From Clarias gariepinus (lineage: Eukaryota): a DNA stretch of 64,000 nucleotides. The notes below the pieces were generated by a model that saw only the letters and a list, made by a program, of their open reading frames with translations, was not told where the DNA came from and did no database searches. The translations under genes were made by a program, and so were the position numbers. Position 1 is the stretch's first letter; every line of letters begins with the position of its first letter. The DNA lies in contig NC_071115.1 in assembly GCF_024256425.1 (NCBI RefSeq), forward strand, positions 12,462,746 to 12,526,745. The letters run 5' to 3'. This document shows positions 52,814-64,000 of this stretch, one piece after another.

Positions 52814-55027
52814 CTGTGGGGCATAGAAATAACAAAAGATAAAATAAAACACATTTAAGTCACTTCATGCTCAGCTACTTCTCGTAACAAAAAAACTCTA
52901 GAATTCAAGAATGCCCATGTAATATAAGAGTGTACACTAGGGGGCAATGTTTCGTTTAATAAACCAGAACATACTCGAACAAAATGGTCAAAGAGACAAA
53001 GAGCATTCTTTTGAGCCAAAACAGAGGGTTTGGGGTCTCACTGTAAAAATAATTAAAAGAAGCCAAGATGGGTTTAACTTTGGGTTGAAAATGCAGACAA
53101 GAAAAAAGAAACACTTACAAACAGAATTCCCACCTAAAGTGTATTTATGATTGAAGACTTCCCTCCCTCACACTTGTACATATGCCACAATATCAACAAT
53201 ATGCTGCTTCTCCTTTCTTAATAAAAATTGTATGCACCATTCTCTATTTTATGCACCTCTAACAACCATTCATACTTCTATTTATCTATTTATGTTCAAT
53301 TCAAATGCAGAATTTCCCATTATTTTCAAATGAATCTGCACCCATCATTGCATTTATGATGAAGTCCCTTACTAGATCATTCTTCCACTACCAGGGATTA
53401 AAGTGTCAAGATGAGAGAGAGCTGAACTCAAAGACATCTTTGCATTTTGGCAAACAGACTCAGAGTTGCCAGTCTACAGGCAGGAAATGCACGCAAATTC
53501 AAAATGCTTGTACATAATATAGAGACGCACGAACCTAAAACACATTCAGATTTAAATATTTAATATCCAGTAGTCGTGCCCCTGCTGTCTTACATCACTC
53601 AGAAAGAGAGGCCTGAAGAGCTTCACTTTTTAAACACCAAATTACTCTGGTGTTTAAGATATATTGAAAGTAATCCAACAATAAGAAAAATAAAGAATTA
53701 AATTCATCAAATAATTATAAAAATAATTTGTTAGATGCATACCAAAAGTATTGTTTGAGTTTTAATAAGAATATGTATTTATTTATATTTTAATTTAAAG
53801 AATCACAATAAATGTATAGTTTAGTACAGTTTACATATTTCATTTGGGTCTGTTTGCATTTTGTGCAAGATTTAGTGAAAACCACAGAACCATGGGTCCC
53901 TAGAATGTTATACTAGAAGACCGGAAGCAAAAAGAACAGGGAGACACTTACAGCCGGTGCCAAAAGGTGCCCAATCATTCATTAGGGATAAGTGAGATTT
54001 AATGTTTATTTATTTAGGTACTTCATATTTTTCTTCACTTAAATGTTTTTTCTAAATGTTTTGATGGTTTTAATATGTAAAAATATAATGATAGTGTTAA
54101 TAAGTGGTAATATTGGTAATATTTTTGAGTGTCTGGAATGGATTATCTAAATAGGGAAAATGCGTTATGCAATACGAAACGTCACCTTAAGAATTTGCCC
54201 CTGATTAAATTCGTATGCCGAGGTACCGGTGTATATTTTAATGCCTGAATGTTTAAACATAGATTTAAATATTTATTTAGTTAATATATATATAATTACA
54301 ACATGGCAACACCCCATCAAAATATATTTTTACTTTTATATATAATGGCATGTGCATGAATTATTCTTTATAATAGTTCTGGTTTTGTGCAAATGTAACA
54401 ATGTTATGTTAAATATTATTAAGGTATTTATTTTATAGCTTTACAAACCCTATAAAGCATTTTGTGTGTCTGATTTAATGTAAACTATGTGCGGAAATAT
54501 AGGGCTAAAAACTATTATCCTTGATTGGGGAAACTATCATTAAAGACAAGTTAATAAATGTATTATAACTGCACAATTAATAAGACCGTAAGTTTTCTCC
54601 TAACCGCCAAAAAGGTGGGGGGGACCGTATGAACAAAGGAGTCATGTGATTCATGGAAAAGAACCGACTCACATGAACGATTCAAATCCGACACCGTTAT
54701 TTAGAAGCTAAAACGACACAACAACAAGACGATATCACGTCGTTACCATTGGCTTCAGGAACAATGTAATTAAACGTTTTTCGTGACTCTGAGTGGAATA
54801 GTGCAGGTTATAGTGTGCGTTAGATGAGGGCCGGCGCGCATTGTGCAAAAGCCGGACTGTAACCCCTCGTGCAGAAACGAGCTAATAATAGCAGAAAGAG
54901 CTAGCTTAACGCTGGCTAAACATTAAAATAATAATTCTGTAACAATTAGGGAGCGCGCTGGTGGTTTATGTCACAGGCTGAGCTTGTAAAGGGAGACAAA
55001 ACGCCGAGCTGGCCCCCTGCTCACTAC

Positions 55028-55217
55028 CTGGCCAGTCGGTCGGGTTTTCGCCCTCCATCCAGCGGAGCCTCCGTCTGAGCACCTCGTTCTCTTTGCGCGC
55101 TCGCACCGTCTCCTCTTCATACTCCAGCACCGTGCCGCCCACCATCTCCATGATCTGCTCCACCGCCGCCATCAGCCGCTCATTCAGAGCGCGGTGCAAC
55201 AGCTGCAGCTTGGTCAT
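55028..55217 (-). CDS. Gene D first coding exon, MTKLQLLHRALNERLMAAVEQIMEMVGGTVLEYEEETVRARKENEVLRRRLRWMEGENPTDWPG, ending at donor CAG|GTAGTG in phase 1.
   Basis: ATG at 55217. It is homologous in sequence and structure to the exons at 3824-4019 and 23193-23382. Track ORF 54966..55217. Confidence 0.65.
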
Positions 55218-55442
55218 GTTGGGCTCCAGAATTAACCAGAACCTGATTTAAAGCAGGATTTAATAATAACTAGCTAGCTATCGTCGCGTTAGCGCAGCTC
55301 TTCTTCCTACGGCAGTGTAGCGCTCACCTACTGTGTGCAATGTCGGGATCTTTACTGACCCCTAGCGGACGGAGCGCAGTCAACGTGCAGCAAAAATACA
55401 GTACAGTACAGGGTGGCACAAACCTCTCCATAATACAGGAAA

Positions 55443-56059
55443 GCAAACTCACTCACTCGTCGTCGATACTGATTTGTCCTGTTTATCCTACATATCCAAC
55501 CTATACACCCTGGACGAGATGCCAATCCATCGCAGTGCACACACACACACATTCACACACTACATGCAATTTTGGGAACACCACTCAGCCTAACCTGCAT
55601 GTCTTTGGACTGTGGGAGGAAAAATGAGTACCTGGAGAAAACCGAAGAACATGCAAACGCCATGCACACAGACCTGAGGCGGGAATCAAACCTTCAACCC
55701 TGGAGGTGCAAGACGATATTGCTAACCCATAAGCCACTGTGCCGCCATTTAAGCAAACTCTCTCACTCACTCGTCTATTCTGCTTTCTCCTGTATCCTTC
55801 CGGGTCACGGAAGGCCTGTAACTCATCCCTGGAGGCCAATCCATCACAGAGCGCACACACATACACATACGCTCATTTACATACTATGGGCAATTTGGGA
55901 AAAACAATCAGCCTAATCTGCATGTCTTTGGACTGTGAGATGAAACCAGATTACCTGGAAGAAACCCACCAAACATGGGGAGAACATGTAAACTTGTGCA
56001 AAAAATCTAATCCGGACCCTAGAGGTGAAGGCAACAGTGCTAACCACTATGCAGTGTGC
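55443..56059. repeat. Tandem dimer (~310 bp each) of the same teleost SINE/LINE-tail repeat family seen at 15894-16205. It lies 0.2-0.8 kb upstream of the gene D start codon.
   Basis: Both copies contain ...ccatc(g/a)cag(t/a)gcacacaca...tttggactgtg(g/a)ga...gaacatg(c/t)aaac...gtgctaaccca/ct. Confidence 0.6.
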
Positions 56060-58639
56060 AATCTGAAGTACAATTACATCCATAACACCAGATCATCATT
56101 AATCATCATGAAAGGAAGACTTGACCATGTGTGTATTTGCAAATACAGTAAATACCAGTAATCCACACTATCTTGAGATCATTAAAGCTGCTATTATTAT
56201 TATTAATACTACTTTAAACTGGGTGTGTTAGAGCATGGAGAACATTTTGTCCAGAGAATTGGAAACATTTTTAAACCTAAGTCAATTTAAAGGAATATTT
56301 TCCATAATTTGTCTGAAGAGCTCTTGATTATTTGATTTCTGACAGGTTACACAGGCTAAGAAAATCTTATTTAACAATAAAATAATTATGAAACATTTTT
56401 ATCGGAATTTATTTAAATAATAATTCATTAACACCATTTCCCATAACAAAATGAAAAAAGAATTTAACTCAGACCCTGGAAAGTTTTTCTGAAAAAAAAA
56501 GGCATAAAACCCATTCGATATTTTTCCTACAAATATCCTAATACACTTTTTATAACAATTTGTTATTGCTGTAAAAGCAACTTGGCCAGAACTTCTGTAT
56601 TTTTTATCCCTTTCCCATTAAATCAGCCTATTGCAGGTTGCAGTGTATAAATGGAAAAAATGTAGCCTATAGATGCAGTTTCTATTACACAACTGTGTTT
56701 CTAGGCCATTTACAATCATGTAGTAACAAAGACACATTTGGAATGATAATGCCGGGACTAGTTTCTCTTTGTTTAAATATGCAGTTTATTCATTCACTGC
56801 AAATAAAGCAAATTGCATTAAATACTGAGCAAGCCCTGTACCTAAGTGACACTTTCCCTCTGATGGACAGTAAAATGTTTTAAGTTCACTTTTAGGGGAA
56901 CAGTATGAAAGCTTAAGTGTGAAGCATATCAAAGACAATAGCTAAATTCATTCTATGACCAAAAAAAAAAAAAAAAAATTTCCAAGGTACTTTTTTTGGT
57001 GATATTTTACTATTACTGAGCTACAGTAGCAGCACTGTTAGATATTACACACTGAACCTTTAATTACGATGCGATCGAGCAGAAATCCTGCAACCTGTCC
57101 ATTGCTTCGTACTTTATCAAAAGCATTCAAAACAAACCTTAGGAAATAATTTGGTCCCAGACAAACACACGTATTGCATGTATACAGTGTCTGAAGATCT
57201 ACTTTCTGCATTTTTAGTTTATTGACAAATCACAACCCTTTGACATAAAAAAATCTGCCTCAAGAAAGTTTTATTTTTAATTCCTGCTTTCATGAGCATA
57301 TGAACATATTATCGTTTTGTTTTACTGAGCCTCTGAGGGTTTTCCAAATAACTTCATTCCACCAAAAAAAAAGGATCATTTATGCTACTGTAGCTTTGAA
57401 AAGACTGATGTAGCTGTTCTTTCTTTGCAGTTTCGCAGCCTCAGCAGTCCTCATAAACAGTTTTTTACAAGTGACAGAGGCACAAGCACTGCAAACCGAT
57501 TTGAAGGTTTGTGATAAGTAAAACGAGGGGAAACGTTGCATTTTGTTGTATCGGGTGTTAAACAGGATAAAAATCTTGCTTGTCATCAGAGGAAGTGCAC
57601 GGTAAGGTCAGAAAAAAAGAACAAACTTCATGAAGATACAGTTGTGGTTAGGCATTTAGATATACTCATCATAAATGTGATAGCCAAATTGGGCTTTCAG
57701 GCTTTCAACTGGGATTTCATTAAGGCAGAATGTTTGTACAAAGTTTTGGGTTTTTTAATATGAACACAGGGTCATAATTATACATACAAGATCAAAAATA
57801 CAGTATACAGTACATCCTCCCACTTGAATCATTTATTAATTGGTGTAAAAAAAAAAAAAACCTGAAATGTCTTTTACTTTCCCCTGTCAGTGACTATGAT
57901 GCACTACAGCTTGTAGCTTTTCTGTACCAACTTGGAAAGAGTTTGTTTGACAGCATTTATTGAATTTACCCACAGATAATGCAATGGGAGATTCCAATGC
58001 GCGCAGGACAGATCTGAGAAAGAGGAAAGTAGATTTACAGTCTGGAACATCTCTTGGAGATCTCAAGGTCAAGATATGCAGATTCCGAGATCAGGTCAAA
58101 CAACTGTATGTAGCACAAGTTATTGGAAGATTATTCCACAGCTGAGAAAATAGGTTAGAATGGTCAAGAACAACCCAGGAACCACCAAAGCACAGGCATT
58201 ATCTGAATGATTCTGGAACACCAGTGCAGTTACAGACAAGTGAGTTTTACATCATCATGTAAAAGCCTTCTAGAGGGGAGCTCTGACCGGAGGTATAGTA
58301 CTCTGCATAAGTGTTAAACACATGCAAATAAATTCTGTAAAACAAGGATGCTTTCAAAAAAAAAACCTATAAAGCCCAGTAAACAGTAATAGAATAGAAT
58401 TTAGTTAACAAATTTGGTGTAATGCCGCTTTGAGGACTGTTTAGTGTCAGGTACAATTTGTGGAATATTTAAGGAAATTAGCTACCAAGTTTTACTAAGT
58501 ATCCTACAGAACCACCCACAATTCTTAGACTGTTGCACCTGCTTTTTTTTGTTGCATGCAAACCCAGCAGCTTCCATTATGTTTTCATTTTTCTAAAAGG
58601 TAGTATAATGCTTTCTACTTTTCTGGCTCTTTTAATTTT

Positions 58640-59090
58640 GTGGTGGAATACTGATGTTTGAAGTCAAAAATTCAGCCCCAAGAACCTGCCGTTAAGCATG
58701 GTGGTGGTAGCATCATACTTTGGGGATGTTTCACTGCCAGTGGAACTGGTGTATGGATTAATGTAAACGTCTGACTACCTCAAAGTTAAGCAGCATACTC
58801 TCAAATCATCAGCTAGATAGTTGGAACTTGGACAAATATGAGTGTTACACCAAGACAAATAGCCAACACACACATCAAAGCTGTAAAGTAGGCTAACTTT
58901 GAGATTTTTGAGCCTCAGCCCTTATCAAATATTTGAGAATGATGTTTAAAGGTTTCTGTCAGGAAACCATGTATAATTGAGCACTTTCAATTTTGCCACA
59001 AAGAGTGGTTAAATATCCAGCCAGAATTCAGTCAGAAGCTTGTTGATTGCTACCAAAGATGTCTGCTTAAGGAAAGGTAAAACTTGCTAA
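58640..59090 (+). mobile_element. Tc1 transposase C-terminal fragment
   Basis: Translation gives [20 protein letters not shown] and then ...FCHKEWLNIQPEFSQKLVDCYQRCL. Confidence 0.6.
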
Positions 59091-59550
59091 AGCACATTTA
59101 ATCAAATATTTGGTTTGCTCTACATATAATTTTGACCCTGTGTTGATTTTAGAAAATTCAAAAATGAGGTGCATGCACTAAATTCTTTTAATTAAAGAGC
59201 TGTTAATTAAACAAGTCTGTTGTAGAATCATTCTGTTCCAGAAAAAGACACTGATGTGAAACTGATGTTCATAATGAGTGTATGTAAACTTCTGATCACA
59301 AATGTAAATTGATATTTTATCTAAAATTCACAAAAAGCAAAAGCAAAAAAAAAAAAAAAAGATAATTTTTTATTAATTGTAATTAGATAATACATACGGC
59401 AGTCCGACTTTCCTTCATGACTACAGAGTCAAACTGTGAGCTTTTGCTAAATTTAATAGTATTTATAAATCAGGCGGTTTAATACTTCGGAACCTCAGGT
59501 CGATAAGAGACGAGTGTAGTCCACGGTTGATTCCAAAAGCCAACTTGCTA

Positions 59551-60509
59551 ATGACTGTCATTGTTAAAGTGCTGCTTTACCAGGTGAAGCTGAAGAGACC
59601 TGGCCACATTAAAATTCTGGTTGCAGAGGGAGCAGTTGTAGCGTTCGTCGTAATGTTTGCGTTGGTGTTTTTTTAGCGTGTGGCTGTCGTTGAAGCTGCG
59701 CTCACAGTGAGCGCACCGGTATGGCCTCTCTCCTGTGTGAATACGAACATGTCGCAGCAGGTTGCTTCTTTGGGTAAAACTCTTGGAGCACCAGGTGCAT
59801 AAGTAGGGCCTCTCCCCAGTGTGTGTGCGCAGGTGGCGCCGAAGGTCAGCTGACTGGTAAAAGCCCTTGCCGCACCAGTTGCAGCCAAAGGCTCGCTCAT
59901 GAGCCTGCTGGTGCACCCGTAGCTTTTTCAGTTCTGTGAATGACTTTTTGCAAAGTGAACATTTATACAGCATTTCATTGTGCGCCTCGTTGTTTAGAGT
60001 CTCTGTGTTCCTCATCTGGTCTGGCTGAGCTGCGTTGTGAAGCTCTTCTCTCTCGGCCACCTCTGGAATTAAGGCATTATGGCTGCCTGTGCTAGGACTG
60101 AGAACGCTCGGGGATTCAGGGCTGTCCAAAGGGTCTGACTCTGCAGGAAGATCAGTGTCTGGTAATGATACAGGAATTTGCTTCTCTTCTGGTTCAAGCT
60201 TCACCCTGTGGAGTTTTACAACAGGTAACAAAAATTTTTGAAAGGTGTCCTCATTTGTGTTTGTAGAAGTAGGGTTTTCTGTGCACAAGTCCTCACTGAA
60301 GGCTTTCACCTCAGGATCTGGGTCTTTTTTGCAAACTGGTATCAGATCTAGTGTCTGTGGAGTCTTTATCCGGACTGAACCTTCACTTGGCACTTGGTTC
60401 TCATTCACTTCTGAAGGTTCTGTTTGTTCTTCCAGGCCTGAACTCCACTCCTGCTGGCCACATGGAGAGATTTCATCTAAGTCAGAATTAGAGGACACAG
60501 GGACTGGAT
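59551..60509 (-). CDS. Terminal exon of a classical poly-C2H2 ZNF gene (gene G) with five tandem fingers joined by TGERPY linkers. Upstream exons lie beyond the window end.
   Basis: Acceptor (t)10actgtgcag|AT at 60510 (phase 1). Fingers YKCSLCKKSF...H, FGCNWCGKGF...H, YLCTWCSKSF...H, YRCAHCERSF...H and YNCSLCNQNF...H. Stop codon at 59548-59550. Track ORF 59548..60498. Confidence 0.8.
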
Positions 60510-61879
60510 CTGCACAGTAAAAAAAAAATAATAAAGAGTAATGTTATTATAATTGTAAGGAGCAAATAAGCAATAAACCCTGGTATATTAAGTATAGGTT
60601 TGGTTTTGTCCCTTCAGTTTGTAAGCAAGTCATAATTCAGGTTGGTTGGGTTAATTTATTAACAAATTCATTTTGACATACAGTACAATTCACCTGTAGA
60701 ATTTGGGGCACCCTCAATGAAAACAAGCAAAATTTAAGTTTTTTACTTTTGAAATTGAACAACACATAATATGGGATATTTAGACATTCATTCATTCATT
60801 TATTTATTTTCCATACCACTTGTCTTGTAAAGGGTTGCAGGAGGACTGGAACCTAATTCAAGGAGCTCAAGGCGCAAGACTGGAAAAGGTGACAAATCAC
60901 TGAAGGGCACAGACCCACAGACGTTCACACATCCAACTACATACTATTGGGAACTTGGAAACACTAATCACTGCATGTCTTCAAATCTACAAAGCGTAGG
61001 GAACACATGCAAGCTCCATGCAAACAATTATGAGATCCGAAATCCCCAACCCTGGTGGTGCAAGCAGAAGCACCATTAGAGATTCCGGGCTCTTTGGAAG
61101 GTTTATATTGTACTTTGCCTCCAACTTTGATAAGGCCAAAACGTATTCCATAGCATTTTTAAAGGTCCTGTCACTTAGCGGCCATTGGAATTCTCATTAC
61201 ATCATTTTGCGGCACCCCTGGATGCGAGGCAACATTGCTAACCAAAATGCCACCATGATTAAATTCAGATATTATCATTATTGCACTGGTTGTAGCTTTG
61301 TTTAATTTTATATCTCTAACCTTAGAAAACAGCAGAAAGCAGGAATAAAGGTCTACGTGTGATTTAAATGAAGTCTGATTCTTGGTTGATGCTACACCAC
61401 AGCCATCCACAGCCGAGAGTCTAGACAGCAGATAGGTCATGTTTTCTCAGAAGGGTATGTACCTGTACTCTCCCCTCAATTATAGTAACAATAACCAATC
61501 ATGGGGATCTGTGAAGTGATGCAAGTGGAAGTAAGTCACACCACCGCAATGTTACATGAGCAGAAGTTCAAAAGGATGTGGCCAGTTTGTGTTGGGTAGG
61601 TAGTTGTCACTCTAAAGGAGAGGTTGGAAACTGGCTACTACTCGATTCTCAATTAACTGCGCAATTGAATGTTTCTCTGCTGAAGATGAAAATCAGTTCT
61701 TTCAAATCCACGGCTATGGTTCCCTACCAGAAAAAAAGTGAGAGGAGACACCTTTTCCTTGGCAAAGGAGTTAGACTTATCTTGGGATGGTATAAACTGG
61801 TAAAAAAAAAAAAAAGGCAAACTGGAAAACTGATTGGCAAACCGATTGAGTCAGCTACTGCAGTTTCTGTCTAATTATG

Positions 61880-62560
61880 TGGTGGTGAAGCGGGAGCTTA
61901 GGTGGTACACAACCTCTTTTCCACTGCTCTGGTTCCCGTGTCGGTTCCCAATTTTGGAACCAGTGCCGCGCTTTTCCACAGGAAAAAATTGGTGCCGGTG
62001 CCCTAAAATAAGCACCGAACCGGCCCTTAAACTCTGCTGGTCTAGTCGCAAGAACCTGTGACGTCATAAGCGATGGGCGGAGTTATAGGAAGCGTAAAAA
62101 AATGGTGGAGACCCAAAGTCCGTTAATGTGGAGCGCGGACGAAACAAAAGCGATTTTAGAAATTTGGACATCTGCCTAGATTCAGCAGAAATTGGAAAGT
62201 GCTTTAAGAAAAAAAAAAAAGTATATGAGGAAATAAGAGAAGAACTAATAGTCACACGAACAACCGACCAAATAGTGCATAAGCTAGTTGTCTATGTCGA
62301 TCTCTTTCAGCGGTTATAACACGTCGAATAAGCTGCCTATGGATACTGAAAAACATTTTCATAGTTTGGAGAATAACCAGTAAACTGACTTCAGAAACTT
62401 TTCTGTTTAGTGGGCATGGCCTGTGACTTATCATCATGCAGCTCCCGCTGAGCTCCTGTCTAGTGTAAATGCGGGCCGGTTCTCGGCGGTTCCCAGTCCA
62501 GCACCGGCGGAGCACCAGAACCGGCACCTGGCACCAGCACCAGTGTAGTGGAAATAAGGT
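61880..62560. mobile_element. Non-autonomous DNA transposon-like element with ~100-bp imperfect terminal inverted repeats (tttccact...ggtgccggt...gaaccggccc on both ends).
   Basis: The reverse complement of 62440-62550 aligns to 61905-62030 at both termini. Confidence 0.4.
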
Positions 62561-64000
62561 ATAATAAGAGATTTACATTCCTTTCCTTATGAGCCTTGAA
62601 AGAATAAAGTGAAAAGAATTAAGTGAGTACAGGTGGTGGAAATGAGGTTACTCTGCAAAGGGTTGCTGGACTTGCTCTCTGTTAAATGGTGGGGAACTTA
62701 CTGACCCAGGAGAGCATTGAGAATAGCTGCTACTCCACTGAATTGAGAGGACCCAGCTGCGTTTCGGGTGCCCCATGATCAGCTCCTGGTAAAACTGCAC
62801 CAGGCATGAACCACTGGATGAAAACCAAAAAGCGAGACTTACTTTTGTTTACCTGCTGGAGAGATGTTTCTCAGTCAGCTTGGGAGCATCTGTTATTCTA
62901 AAAGAAGCAGCTGTAATCTATTCTCTTAACGTAAAAAAAAAAAAAAAATTGGAATTAGCTATAAAACTAGATGTATAAAGAGTAATACGCTTCTGCTTTT
63001 GCACAGTTACAACTCCATACGACTTGTCCTTAGAGAATAAAACACTTTATTTGACTAAGAGAAAGTGTGTTATAATAAGTGCTATAATACCTAAATCACA
63101 GACCATTCTTTAGATATCCAGTCTATAGGTCTATATGTTTGGGATTATAAACAGACTCAAATATCAGAATGTTTCGAGGAGGAATGCATATTTTAAGCAA
63201 CAAATCTTCCATTAAATAAGCTGTGATTCTATAAATTAGCAGAAAGCCTGCAGTGGTAGAACAAAGTGCTTCGGAAAATCAGTCAGCACTAAACTATTAG
63301 GGGATATGAATGTCAAGAGGAAGCTGAAATGTCTGTTAGAAGTCAATGTTAATTGAATACAATTGGGATAATATCATCTTTCTTTTCCTGGTATGGGTTG
63401 CTGAGTTCGAGATGAGGCTCCTATAAAGACACAGCAGGGACCTTGGTAACGGTTGCCAGGTCAGTCTAACGTCTCCTGTTTATTTCCTAATTTAAAATTA
63501 ATTCCAGATTTTCCAGTGCAAAAACAGCCCATATTATATAACGGTAAACTTACACCGATCAGCCATATCAGTAACCTAGCAACAGGATCATGGGCACCCA
63601 AGTCCCATCTAAGCCCATGGGGACCAAAGGTCAGCCCACACATCCCGAGCCTATGGAAAAGCCAATGCAGCACTAATCACCAAAATTGTCAATGCTGGCC
63701 AAGACAAAAATGTATTAGGATACTCAGTCCATTACAGCCTGCTTTGTATGTTGAATAGCAGACAAAGACCTCGAGATTGTTGACCCGGCCTCCAAACATG
63801 CCAGATCCCAATCCAATCAAGCATCCATGAGGCCTTTTGGACAAACAAGTCCAATCCACAAAGGTCCCATCCCGCAGATTCCGTGATACACCACCAAAGG
63901 TCCCGTGGATATGTTTGTGAATCTTTGGTGGTACATTCTGGAGTCTGCCACTAGGATGTTGGCGTTTACTGAGCGCTTGAACAGACGCTATTTTGTCTCA

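Noticed and set aside
55352-56161. ORFs 55340..55627, 55572..55916, 55739..56161, 55352..55552 and 55585..55866.
   Set aside because: They lie entirely within the tandem SINE-like repeats and the same 'peptides' recur in every copy of the repeat (for example MSLDCGRK...). They are repeat-derived open frames, not genes.

Overview
This window is vertebrate nuclear DNA, not a prokaryotic locus. The evidence is GT-AG introns, a LINE and Tc1/mariner remnants, and many microsatellites, and the repeat content looks teleost (zebrafish-like cyprinid). There is no operon, CRISPR array, rRNA gene or bona fide tRNA gene. Nearly all coding signal is on the minus strand and belongs to a tandem cluster of multi-exon zinc-finger (ZNF) genes. 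Gene D runs from 55217 down to at least 45891 and possibly to 40188. It starts with a conserved MTKL leucine-rich exon and then encodes one C2H2 finger per small exon, with splice phases that are all compatible. It may end in a BEN-like terminal exon. Gene C (38227 down to 33565) has two single-finger exons and two very large exons. Paralogous loci A (23382 down to 13841) and B (29277 down to 27688) have a large exon carrying an unusual CX2CX10HX4H plus CX2CX12HX3C motif pair, followed by three small C2H2-finger exons. Locus A is expanded by Tc1 insertions in its introns. A third MTKL first exon lies at 3824-4019, and a classical terminal exon with five tandem C2H2 fingers lies at 59551-60509. 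Interspersed among these are a 5'-truncated L2/CR1-like LINE with an intact 616-aa RT ORF, several Tc1 IR-DR elements and fragments, MITEs, SINE-like repeats and many simple repeats. The six-frame ORF track uses bacterial alternative starts (TTG/GTG/CTG), so many of its 'M' residues are not ATG. I found no evidence of a novel defence or mobile 'system' in the prokaryotic sense. The most interesting biology is the lineage-specific, recently duplicated ZNF family and its unusual exon architecture.
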